A DNA stretch of 32,000 nucleotides from an uncultured archaeon (GTDB lineage Archaea > Asgardarchaeota > Thorarchaeia > Thorarchaeales > Thorarchaeaceae), in contig CAYHAA010000003.1 of NCBI GenBank assembly GCA_964354495.1, positions 100,507-132,506 of the forward strand, given 5' to 3'. This document shows, piece after piece, positions 1 to 10,500 of the stretch. Numbering within the stretch: position 1 is the stretch's first letter; each line of letters opens with the position of its first letter. The translations under genes were made by a program, and so were the position numbers. The notes beneath the pieces were generated by a model. That model saw nothing but the letters and a program-made list of their open reading frames with translations, searched no databases and was not told the origin of the DNA.

Positions 1-2
1 TA

Positions 3-3000
3 TGAGTCACTGTCCATGTTCCTGAACGAGAAGCCCACATCTGCGCCATAGACTGGCACTCGTAGCTGGGTGTCGAATCTCCAGGTCGCATCGCCTGTAG
101 CGTTATAGGCAGTGACTCCTGCGTTCCGAACCAAGGCGGCCACCTCGTTGGCAAAGTCGCCCTCTATGTCAGCCGAGTAGATGTCCACCAACGTCTGATA
201 GTCCATGCTCACTGAGCCTATCTCTGTCTGTGTGGACGAGCTGATGATGTCTATTCCGTAGGCGGTCTGTACCGCCACGGCATCATGCAGGAGAATCTTG
301 TCGAAGTCACCTGAGACCATCTTGTCTCCGCCAACGCCGATGTTCACCTGGAAGATGAAGGTGCCCGTGTTCCCAGCATAGAATCTGACATTCTGGTCGT
401 CACAACCAAAGGCGATGTCGTAGGTACTGGCTCCATTGAAGCGACCTGAGGTCATGTATGCGTCACTCCTTGTGCCATTGACACTACTGACATAGCTCGC
501 CTTCAGGTTGTAGTTGTACCACACAACGTAGGACTTGGTGTCACCTGTGTTCTCGAAGAGTATCGCAATCTCGTCGTATTCATAGCTGGTACCAGTCCTG
601 AAGTTTGCCACAATGCAGTCAACAATCCTCACACTAGCACTGGGGCTTGTCACTGCGCCCAGCTGTACACCAGTGTCGCCGTTCAGGAGAAGAACCTTGT
701 TGCTATCGACAACGACAGCAAGGTCTCTGTTTCCTGCGTTGTTGAGGTTTCCGAACCTGACCTCTGAAATCGTCCCTGAGAACTTCGAAGACCAGAGATC
801 GACGTCGCGGTAGGCGTCAATCAGTGTCAGGAAACTCCCTTGACGTACAACGACCTCATCGTATGAAGTGGGATTGACATCAAAGGTCCATGCGTTCTCG
901 TATTCCTCTGTGAGCGATGTTCTTGCCCAGTACTCACCGCGAGGATTGTAGGCCCGTGTCCATTCCCACTCAGAAAGACTGGCCCGCTCCAAGAACAGCA
1001 GGTGAGAATACACCGTCGGATACGGGAATATCCATGCCAATGCCGAATCAACACCATCGCCGTCGAAGTCTACTGCGCCCAGACCCTGAACATACTGGCC
1101 GGTGTAGTTGAGGAACATCGGCAGCCCGCTCTTGCCATCAAGGGCAATGACCGTACTGGTGCTGTTCAGGCTCAACAAAACATCGTACTTGCCGGTACCA
1201 CCGAAGTAGCCGTAGGTCGCGCTTTGGACTTGGCCGAGATCACTGGTGTAGTGCCACTGTATACACAGCGTATTCGCCTCTATGAGATACACGCCGCTAT
1301 CCCTTGTCACTACGAGAAGCTCTGTCGTACGGTCGCCGTCGAAATCATCTGCGATAAGACCTCTACTAGACAAGTACTGGCTGATTGTAAGATTGTAGAT
1401 AATCCGTCCGTGGTACACGTCGGCAATCCGCACCACATTCTTTCCGAAGATGACTTCATCGTAGGTGTCACCGTTCATGTCTGCTGTTATGAACGCCTGG
1501 GGACTCCAGCTCGGTACCATGTTGTTCAAAGTATCAAACAGCACGGTCCCGTCGAAGGGATTGATTGCCTTTACCGCATAGGTGTCGTTTGCATAGGCAA
1601 CACCGACCAATCCCTCGTCAAAGTGTCCGACTGCGACTGCCCAGACATCTCCAATTTCGATGTCCAGCACATGCCATACTAAGCCGGTGCTGTTTATGAT
1701 ACATATCTGTGCATTGCCGGTGCCACCGTCTGTACCGACGACAACTTCGAGCAGGCCATCTCCATTCAGGTCGCCAATATCGTATGACTGTACCTCGTCA
1801 GCAAGAGAGCTGCAGTTCCAAAGGAGTGAGCCGTTCGTTACGTTGTAGGCAACGGGATGCCCATTCTGGTCACATCCAATGATCTCAGGAGTGGAGTCCC
1901 CGTTGATATCTTCGAGTCTGATCTGAGTGCCGAATGAAAACGAGTTCGTGACGTTCCATAGCAGAGTTCCGTTGTCGTCGAAGAGCTGGAAGCCCCCGCC
2001 AAGAGGAGTGAGCAGGAGCTCGTCCTTCAGATCAGCATCTACATCGCCACTTACAATAGCAGTATCCCAAGCCATGCCAATGGTTGTCAGGTTGTCTGTT
2101 GTGACAGAGTAGCCGAACACTGTTGCACCGTCAGACGAGTCCACGTACTCTAGTACATACGCATTCCCATGCTCTGCCGAAACTGCAATCTCTTCCCATC
2201 CGTTACCATTCGAGTCATAGACTGTCACACCTGTGAGCGGCCAATCATACGGTTCTGAAACATAGGCCTGTGAGTAGGTCATGTGACCAGTCCCGTTGTT
2301 CGACTGGAGCAGCTCCACGACGCCGAAGCGGTCTCCGAAAGTTGCAACAATCTCGCGTCTCGCATCACAGTCGGTGTCGCCTACTGCCATGTCCTCGACG
2401 TACGGCAGTGTCGTGTCAATCCACTGATCATCCCGTACCCAGCCATAGACCAAGTCATAGCCCATGTCAATACCAGTTGCTACTATGGGAACAATGTAGA
2501 GCAAGCCTCGTTCCGTGTGTGCAACTATGGTTGGACTGTATGCCCTGGGACCGTATATGGGAATGTACGTGTAGTTCTGATAGTAGTAGTACCCGTAGCC
2601 ATCAGGGGAATCGAAACGATTCATATATGGAGCAATGGGATTGAGGTTTTGTTCCTCCGTCCATGTCGTGCCGCTGTTCCGACTCGCAACAATCCCTATC
2701 TGGTCTTCGAATGCCGCGTACCTCTGCTCGTAGGCTATTAGTAGTGTAGTGTTGTCGCTTCTCATGTAGTCGAGATGCGGATAGGTCTCGTAGTAGTACG
2801 AGTCTGTCACTCTATGCACTATGCTTCCTGCGAACCCGAAAGACGAGTTCGCCATTACGAAGAAGATGTCGTAATCGGCCTTGGAACTTGAACTGTCAAC
2901 CGCAGAGAACGCAAGGGCAAACTCACCGCTGGGCATGTGTTCTATTGAGAAACCCTGCATGTTGAATTTGGTACGACTTGGAATATCTGGTACGAGGTAT

Positions 3001-6000
3001 GCACTCGGACTCCACCCTCCTGAGAGTTCTTTGTCTATGATATGGTACCTGACACTATCGATTCCAAAGACTGGCTCATATAGGTACATGATTCCGATAT
3101 GGGTTTCATTGTACTCGAAGACGTGTGGCAGAGTACGGCGCGAGAGGCAGTTCGCATAGAAGGAGACAGGATTCTCCCAGCTACCTACGCTGAAATTGAG
3201 CATTGAAATCCACATGTCGTAGGTCCCATCTGCCCTAGAGGTGCGCCATGTCATGTAGATGGCCTCACGGGTGAGTGCCATGGACGGTTCGGCCTCGGAA
3301 ACGATTGTACTGCCAGGTCCGTAGGAAGCTGGTGAGAAGATGTAGCCACCAAAACCGCCCACGAGAATTTCGGAGCCCGATACATTGTAGGCAACGATGC
3401 AGAGCTGTGTGTCGCTTGTTATAGCGCCAAGTCCAATGTTCAGTTCTTCCAGCCAGACCATGTCACTGAATGACCTGTTTGTGAGTATCAGAGAATAGAT
3501 ACTCTCGGGCTGAGTTCGAGACACATCTATCTCCGGATAGTTGGGCGATGAGCTGACTGTTTCAAGCACGCGGTATTTTGAGTCTGAGCCTTGCATATAC
3601 TCCAAGATATCGATCCCGTGAGAGTGGCCTACTATGACCTCTTGGATACCATCATAATCTTGGTCGTCGATGATGATGCTCGATATCGGATTCCAGTGAG
3701 TAATGCTGCTGGGAGCCTCCCAAGCGAGTCGGAAGGTCCCCCCCACACATTCGTATGACACCAAGAACCCATTCTGATGCTCTATCCTTGTATCGACTAT
3801 ACCGCCGGCGAATACCTCTGGGTGACCGTTTCCGTCAGTGTCACCAACAGCGAGTGCAGAGATCAGGGCATTCTCGAAACTCGGGCCGGCCAGAGGACTG
3901 CCAAATAGATAGTAGCGGCCTTTTCCATCAGATGCATCGCCGAAGAAGTCGTTCGTCTCCATCCCCGCGAACTCCCCAGTTTCAACATTGTAGATGAGAA
4001 GATACGGACCCGCCCCTACAAGTAATTCCATACGACGGTCAGAGTCGAGGTCACTGCCTGCCTGAAGGACAGTAATCGAATCGATGCCTTCCCAGTCTGC
4101 GAACTCAGGATCGATATAGCCGAGGTCTCGCAGGTCGATGGTGTAGGCCAGACTCAGAGTGTCGTCGACACCTGTTGCCTCGAAGATGTAAATCTGAAGA
4201 CTGCTGGCCACAATCAGTTCCCTGTGGTCGTCCTGATCAATATCTGTGCCTACTACAAGGTGGGTTGCATGGTCGAAGATTCGTCGGTAGAAGTCGCCAC
4301 TCAGACCCTCAAGTTCACCGTAAGCATACGGGGTCTCGTCGGTGACGATTGTGTGGCATAAATCTGGGGATCGAAACATCCTCTTGTATGTGCTGTTCAC
4401 TAGGTGTTCGAAGCTGTACACGTTATTGTCAAAGTCGCCGACAACAATCTCTCCTCGTCCATCACCATCGACATCCCCTGAAGATATAGAGAGAGTCCAT
4501 TCCTGAAGGTCAAAGTTTGTGTTCCACGACTCATGCATGTGAAAACCGACATTCTTGAAGCCGCCTCCCGTCCTCAGGCAAAAGTCCGTTCTCGACACAT
4601 ATGGGTTCGTCGCGACCATGTAGCTGTCCATTGTATCATACACAGGTACACCGAAGGTGAGCTTTCCCCCTGTGGAATTGATAGCACCCCAATGGTAGTC
4701 ACCCTGCAGCTCGTACCCCGTCGCCTCGGCCTGCTTCTGGAGCGTGTATCCTCCCGTGTTCGGGATGAACTGCAAGTCCTTCAGGTGGAGTATGGTCAAC
4801 GCAGTTTCAGGATTCGAGTTCATCAGGAACTGCCTGTCTTCAGACCAGATGGGCTGCAAGCTGCTCCCTTCATTGATAAAGCAGGTGACACCCCAGTTCG
4901 ATGCAAATGAGAGCACGACATCCAGATCTCCGTCCGCATCGAGGTCGAAGAGATCAGGCTGCCCCCAGACTGCACTTCCACCCTGTTCATTGATGGAGCG
5001 GAAGTACTCCTGGTCCAGACAGAATCCCTCGGAACCCATTTCTTCGTACAGGTTCTTCACGAGATAGAGCTTGCCTACAGACATCGCGAAGTCGAGGTCA
5101 CCATCATTGTCAACATCAGCAAAGCTCAGTCGTGGAGTTGTTGTGGCAACCTGAAGTACCTGAGAGATGTCTTGAGTGGCATCGTAGTTTACGATTGGGC
5201 CCGCCCATGTGTAGGGTTCGCTCACTGACTCGTGCGAGAAGATCTCGATTCCAGCCCGTCCGAAGAAGTACGAGTCTGCCGTGTAGTCTGCTTCGGGGTC
5301 GTACCGTGAAACGAAGATGAATGGAAGGTGTCCTTCTTCGGGCCAGAGCCAAGCTAGGTTCAATGCAACATAGGGATCGGCTATGTAACCGGGGAGATTG
5401 ACGAGAAGATTCATGAAGTCCACGTCCAACTCACCCCGCATGTCGTAGACAGCGTAATCGCCGCTTACACCTCCAACGAAATACCTAGGCAGCCCATCTC
5501 CTCCGAGAACCGTCAGTGGGCTTGCTACACCATGAGACCATGCATTGAGAGCGGTGCTATCGAGCGACAGGCTTGATCCCAGAAGGTAGTTCGCTGCCGT
5601 CGACTTGGTGTCTATGTACTCAAGATCCCAGATGTATCGGTCCAGTTTGTATCGATCGTCATCGTAAGACTCCCAGAGAACCTCATATGAATCACCGTCG
5701 TAACCAACACAGATGTACTCGCCAATCGATGTACCAATGACTATCTTGTCGAGTTCCGACTCACCGGTGAAGTAGCTATACCCATCGAAGTCCATTGGGC
5801 CTATGGTGAGTGAAAGCGCCTCCGTCAAGAGGTTATAGACATGCTTGAGTTCGAGTGAGTTGATACGGTAGTTGCCACCATTATAGACGACCAGCTTGGC
5901 ATAGCGGAACCAGTCCCAGTGCCGCTCAATAAGAACATCGTCCACGTCTATGCTGAGCTGACTGGCTGAGATGGTCATACGCGATGAGTCCACTTGTGTG

Positions 6001-7499
6001 AAGTCAGTGGCGGTCTGCCCAATCGAGAAGTTGAACTTCGCGAATATTCCGGAATCTAGCGTGTGGAAGGTTATGACAACATCGCGGTCTGCATTGGCCG
6101 AGCCAGTGCCCTCCTCGTCAAGTCCAAAGTCAACTATGGCAGTGGCGCTGTCAACGCCTGGGATGGAGGCATCAAACGTCGAGAAGTTGCCATCCCATGC
6201 GCGTGCCATACCTGTGTTATACGGATAGACGCTGGCGTCAGGGAGGAACTTCTGCAGATCCTCATTCCAAACGTACACTATCGGTTCACTCACAATGAGC
6301 GATGCGTTGACTGGGTCGTGGTACGTGACGTTGTTGGCCGACACTACTCGATCCACATAGTAGTCAAGACCATGAAAGCCGAAGCTCTCCCACTCTGCAA
6401 ACTCACGCTGTACCTTTTCGTATCGATAGTTTGCTCTTGCTGCTTCCCAGTTCAGTGTGAACACGCCTTGGCCCTCTGTGACAAGGGCGATCTCATCTCC
6501 AGGAGTCCCATCCAACTCGCCGACTGCCATCGACCTTATCGGCTGCCATGTGTAGTTGCCACTAGTCCATACCTGTCGGTAGGCGTTATCGCGTATGAGT
6601 GGGAATGGCTGGCCATTAATCATGATTGTTGTACCTGCGTTCTCAAACACAAAGACAGTCCCATCGCGTGTGCCCACGACGATGTCCGGAAGCCCATTGT
6701 AGTTCGTGTCACCGCTCTCTAGCGTGTAGACCTTCTCACCGACATTCAGCACTGAGACCTGTCTGTAGGTGATCCAATGCTCAGCCACGAACGGATAGCC
6801 GGAGTGGTTGTCGTACTCAAAGAGACGCACCTTTCCGTCCCAGCAGCCTGCAATGATGTCGGGTCTGTAGTCTCTATCAACATCGTCAACCTTGACCGCG
6901 AACACCTTGAAGAAGCCAGGGCTCGACCAGACTAGATCGAACATGTTCTCAGTGTTCATGTACGGGTCGTACAGGTGTCGCTGTTCGAATACGTAGATGT
7001 GCCCGTCTGCGCAGCCGACTACAATCTCAATGAAGTCGTTCAGATCCGTGTCTCCGAAGTCGATGCTCAATACGTCACTGTTCATGACACCATCACCGAT
7101 CTCCATGACCTTGTCGAAGGTGTCAGTCAGCAGGTTGTACCTGAAGAGGTGCACTTCATTGTCATAGAGATAGCCTCCACCGACTGCTAGGAAGCCTGTG
7201 TCGCTGTCGTATGAGACTGCATGTACGGCAGCCTTGGACAGCCACGGTTCGTAGATTGTCTTGTAGTCGTTCTCTCTGTTGCCTAGGAAGCTGTCGAGAT
7301 CTATGCTTGCAGGATATGGTGTCGCATCCTCAGACAGAGCCCTGATTGCCGCCTTCTGGATTGCAGCTGAGGATGGAGTGGTGGAGCTCTCTGTTGCTTC
7401 GAAAACACTAGAAATCGGGACCATTGGCACTATGAAGGCTCCAACCATCATGAAGAGCACTACCAATAGTGCTGCTGTCTTTGGTCTAATGTGACTCAC
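3..7499 (-). CDS. Giant secreted FG-GAP/VCBS-repeat multi-beta-propeller protein, >2499 aa, 3'-truncated by the window edge (absent from the ORF track)
   Basis: Manual translation from GTG at 7499, one nt after the stop of the upstream gene, gives VSHIRPKTAALLVVLFMMVGAFIVPM (signal-peptide-like). I spot-checked the frame at about 7150, 4600, 980 and 3-60 and it is open. The ORF track lists nothing in this frame, consistent with no stop in the window. It has more than 20 motifs of the type D-x-D-x-D-G-x-x-E-I-V-V-G (e.g. SGDVDGDGRGEIVVG, IGDLNGDGLLEVVVG, FADVDNDGDLDFAMS), one Asp-box-like SRNSGTTW (2661-2687) and many N-x-S/T sequons. Confidence 0.9.
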   Translation of the reverse strand, partial: MSHIRPKTAALLVVLFMMVGAFIVPMVPISSVFEATESSTTPSSAAIQKAAIRALSEDATPYPASIDLDSFLGNRENDYKTIYEPWLSKAAVHAVSYDSDTGFLAVGGGYLYDNEVHLFRYNLLTDTFDKVMEIGDGVMNSDVLSIDFGDTDLNDFIEIVVGCADGHIYVFEQRHLYDPYMNTENMFDLVWSSPGFFKVFAVKVDDVDRDYRPDIIAGCWDGKVRLFEYDNHSGYPFVAEHWITYRQVSVLNVGEKVYTLESGDTNYNGLPDIVVGTRDGTVFVFENAGTTIMINGQPFPLIRDNAYRQVWTSGNYTWQPIRSMAVGELDGTPGDEIALVTEGQGVFTLNWEAARANYRYEKVQREFAEWESFGFHGLDYYVDRVVSANNVTYHDPVNASLIVSEPIVYVWNEDLQKFLPDASVYPYNTGMARAWDGNFSTFDASIPGVDSATAIVDFGLDEEGTGSANADRDVVITFHTLDSGIFAKFNFSIGQTATDFTQVDSSRMTISASQLSIDVDDVLIERHWDWFRYAKLVVYNGGNYRINSLELKHVYNLLTEALSLTIGPMDFDGYSYFTGESELDKIVIGTSIGEYICVGYDGDSYEVLWESYDDDRYKLDRYIWDLEYIDTKSTAANYLLGSSLSLDSTALNAWSHGVASPLTVLGGDGLPRYFVGGVSGDYAVYDMRGELDVDFMNLLVNLPGYIADPYVALNLAWLWPEEGHLPFIFVSRYDPEADYTADSYFFGRAGIEIFSHESVSEPYTWAGPIVNYDATQDISQVLQVATTTPRLSFADVDNDGDLDFAMSVGKLYLVKNLYEEMGSEGFCLDQEYFRSINEQGGSAVWGQPDLFDLDADGDLDVVLSFASNWGVTCFINEGSSLQPIWSEDRQFLMNSNPETALTILHLKDLQFIPNTGGYTLQKQAEATGYELQGDYHWGAINSTGGKLTFGVPVYDTMDSYMVATNPYVSRTDFCLRTGGGFKNVGFHMHESWNTNFDLQEWTLSISSGDVDGDGRGEIVVGDFDNNVYSFEHLVNSTYKRMFRSPDLCHTIVTDETPYAYGELEGLSGDFYRRIFDHATHLVVGTDIDQDDHRELIVASSLQIYIFEATGVDDTLSLAYTIDLRDLGYIDPEFADWEGIDSITVLQAGSDLDSDRRMELLVGAGPYLLIYNVETGEFAGMETNDFFGDASDGKGRYYLFGSPLAGPSFENALISALAVGDTDGNGHPEVFAGGIVDTRIEHQNGFLVSYECVGGTFRLAWEAPSSITHWNPISSIIIDDQDYDGIQEVIVGHSHGIDILEYMQGSDSKYRVLETVSSSPNYPEIDVSRTQPESIYSLILTNRSFSDMVWLEELNIGLGAITSDTQLCIVAYNVSGSEILVGGFGGYIFSPASYGPGSTIVSEAEPSMALTREAIYMTWRTSRADGTYDMWISMLNFSVGSWENPVSFYANCLSRRTLPHVFEYNETHIGIMYLYEPVFGIDSVRYHIIDKELSGGWSPSAYLVPDIPSRTKFNMQGFSIEHMPSGEFALAFSAVDSSSSKADYDIFFVMANSSFGFAGSIVHRVTDSYYYETYPHLDYMRSDNTTLLIAYEQRYAAFEDQIGIVASRNSGTTWTEEQNLNPIAPYMNRFDSPDGYGYYYYQNYTYIPIYGPRAYSPTIVAHTERGLLYIVPIVATGIDMGYDLVYGWVRDDQWIDTTLPYVEDMAVGDTDCDARREIVATFGDRFGVVELLQSNNGTGHMTYSQAYVSEPYDWPLTGVTVYDSNGNGWEEIAVSAEHGNAYVLEYVDSSDGATVFGYSVTTDNLTTIGMAWDTAIVSGDVDADLKDELLLTPLGGGFQLFDDNGTLLWNVTNSFSFGTQIRLEDINGDSTPEIIGCDQNGHPVAYNVTNGSLLWNCSSLADEVQSYDIGDLNGDGLLEVVVGTDGGTGNAQICIINSTGLVWHVLDIEIGDVWAVAVGHFDEGLVGVAYANDTYAVKAINPFDGTVLFDTLNNMVPSWSPQAFITADMNGDTYDEVIFGKNVVRIADVYHGRIIYNLTISQYLSSRGLIADDFDGDRTTELLVVTRDSGVYLIEANTLCIQWHYTSDLGQVQSATYGYFGGTGKYDVLLSLNSTSTVIALDGKSGLPMFLNYTGQYVQGLGAVDFDGDGVDSALAWIFPYPTVYSHLLFLERASLSEWEWTRAYNPRGEYWARTSLTEEYENAWTFDVNPTSYDEVVVRQGSFLTLIDAYRDVDLWSSKFSGTISEVRFGNLNNAGNRDLAVVVDSNKVLLLNGDTGVQLGAVTSPSASVRIVDCIVANFRTGTSYEYDEIAILFENTGDTKSYVVWYNYNLKASYVSSVNGTRSDAYMTSGRFNGASTYDIAFGCDDQNVRFYAGNTGTFIFQVNIGVGGDKMVSGDFDKILLHDAVAVQTAYGIDIISSSTQTEIGSVSMDYQTLVDIYSADIEGDFANEVAALVRNAGVTAYNATGDATWRFDTQLRVPVYGADVGFSFRNMDSDS

Positions 7500-7500
7500 T

Positions 7501-10500
7501 TCAGTCATCCTCCTTACGTACAACTCTCCTTGGGGTTGTCTTTGTGGTCTTCCTGGTTGTCGTCTTTGCACCTGTCTTCTTAGACGTCGGCTCAGGCACG
7601 CTGGTCCCAGTTTCATCCTTCTCTGGGGTAGTGGCCACGTCCTCTGCTACACGCTCTGTCGGCTCCGGCGGGGGTGCGGCAGAGGTCTTTGTAGATTCTC
7701 CAGACCCACTTCGTCCGATGGTTCGTCTGCCTGACCTCCGAATCCTGTATGTTTCGAATACAAAGACAGTGACCATCACGCCAAGGGCCACCGAGAGTGC
7801 CCCAATGATTGCCCATGGAAACTCGCCTGGCACCGACACTACAAAGTCAATCTCTGTGACATACTCCACTCCCTCGCGCGTCATACCGAAGACTTGCATG
7901 GTGTATGTGCCCGGCTGCCAGACAATGGCGTCATTATACCACTGGCGCAGACTGGCGCTGTATGTGAGCGTGTGGTTTTCGCTCCAGCTGCCTGTTGTGC
8001 GGTACCGGAAGCTCATCGAATCAAACGTGGTCAGGTTCACCACGCGTACAGCTGTTGTCGTATAGACGACTCCACCTGCAGTCGGTGTGAGGACCACCAT
8101 TCTGGTTGCGGCTGCGGCTGCGTCGGATACAGTGAATTGGATCTCCGTCAGACGCTCAGTACCATTGACGTCAAGACCAAACACTTGGAGATCATAGAGT
8201 CCTGGTGTAAGCGCAAGCGGATTGCTAGTCCATTTGTCTGTTGCACCGCTGTACACAAGCGTTTCGTTTCCGGACCATGTGCTGCCCGTCATATATCTGA
8301 ACCACATAGAGCCCATTGTTGTGTAGTTCATGACCTGAAGGGTCAGCTGAGTCCCGACAATGGAGCCACTAAGGGGCGACAAGACTCCAGCATAGGACGT
8401 GCTGAGTGGGTCCGTGCCAACTGCCACTTCAAAGCCGTCCGATACTCCATCTCCATCACTGTCCCCGGATGTCGGGGATGTCCCATAGATGCTTACTTCA
8501 TCACCATCCAAGAGACCATCCTCATCGCTGTCAGGATTCAGATATCCTCCGACTCTTGATGTTCCAACGACAAATGCCGTGCCGAGCTGGAACTCAAGCC
8601 CGTCCGGCAGACCGTCAAGGTCACTATCAAACTCCATTGTGTCAGGAGTACCATCACCGTCAGAGTCGTCATCAAGAGGATTACTTCCGTAGACCAAGAT
8701 CTCGCCGCCATCAGGCAGCCAGTCATCATCGCAGTCCCAGTCCGTCGCGGATGTGGGGTACAGAGCGGACTGTGCGACTATGTATGATGCAGGTCCAAGG
8801 TCAGTGCCAACCATGCCAATCGACCAGTTGTCAGGCGGCCAATCGCCATATGGATAGACCGGGATGAGAGTTTCATCATTGTCTAGCAGCCCGTCGCCAT
8901 CAGTGTCAGTCTTGAAGGCAGATGTGTTGTAGACCCAGACCTCATGCCAGTCGTCAATCGTGTCGTAGTCTGTGTCTATGTTCGTCGCGTTCGTATTGAA
9001 GACGACCACCTCCTGATAGTCGGTCAGGTTATCCCCGTCTGTGTCTGGCAGGACAGGGGATGTTTCATACCTGTAGACTAGAGATATCGAGAGGTATGGA
9101 TAGATTATGTCCGTCTGGTTGACAAGCATGAGTTCGTCACCATCGAGAAGAAGGTCTCCGTCGGTGTCCTCATCGAGAGGATCGAGAACCAGCGGTGCCA
9201 TCCATGGAATCTCGCCTGCGCCAAGATAGAGCTCTATGCCATCCGAGAGCCCATCTAGGTCCGAATCGGGTGCAGTCGCATTCGTCCCATAGATCATGAC
9301 CTCGTCATAGTCATTCATCGGCCATGTCATCTCACCCCACTCATTCGGGTCTTCGATACTGTCCAAGTCAGTATCCCAAGAGAGTGGGTCTGTATCGTAG
9401 AGCAGGACTTCTTGACCATCGGAGAGGCCATCCAGATCCGTATCGTAGGAGAACGGATCAGTGTAGTAGATGATAGCCTCCTCGAAGTCCGTGAGACCAT
9501 CGTTGTCGCCGTCCTCGTCCATTGGATCGGAACCGTACCATAGCACCTCGCGCCCATCACGTAGCCTATCACCGTCGCTATCATCAGACAGAGGGTTGCT
9601 GTGCCAGAGGAAGACTTCCTCACCGTCCTTTAGTGAGTCAAAGTCGCTATCAGGAATGAGTGGATTTGTGTGGTACGTGTAGAACTCGTCTGAGTCAGTA
9701 ATCATGTCCCCATCCGTGTCTGCACAACGTGGGTCACATCCAAGGAGTATCTCCTGCATGTCATGGAGGAGATCTCCGTCAGTGTCTGCCATATTTGGAT
9801 TGGTGTGATTGGAGTAGGGATTCAGCACCCCCTCAATCCCATCTATGAGACCATCGCCATCTGTGTCGCCATTCAACGGGTTCGTAGGAGGTGTCTGTGC
9901 GAGCTCGTAACCATCGGAGTTGAGCCAAATGCCTGCCTCAGGGATGCGGTCGTCTACACCGGTGTCACCGTCACTGTCTGGATTGCATGGATTTGTGAAG
10001 AGGACCTTGTCGTAGGGAAATCCATAGGAATCGTAGAGAATTGTCGGGATTCCTCTGACCTCAACGCCATCATTCATATCTTTCAGGAAGAGCAATGCCT
10101 GCTGGTCGACGACGCCATTGGTGAGCTGAAGGTAGGAATCGTCATCAGTGTCTGCATCGAGTGGGTGAGTGTACCCGTCATTGAATATGATTGGGAACGG
10201 GTCACTGAGAGTGTCATTGTAAAGGCTTGGCAGGCCATAGTAGGCCGCCATTGGTCCTTCGTCACCGTCCAAGATACCATCGCCATCTGTGTCGGGGTTC
10301 AGCGGGTCCGTATGGTCGTTGTACTCCACACCACCGATGACCACAGATGTGACAGTCGGCGTGACAGTGGTGATGTTCCACGAGGTGAAGACCTCGTAGT
10401 CGTCAGAGAGTGCATCGCCATCCGTGTCCTGACATAGTGGGTTAGTCAGGTATATCCGGACTTCTTCAAAGTCAGTCAGCGACTCGAAGTCACTGTCGGG

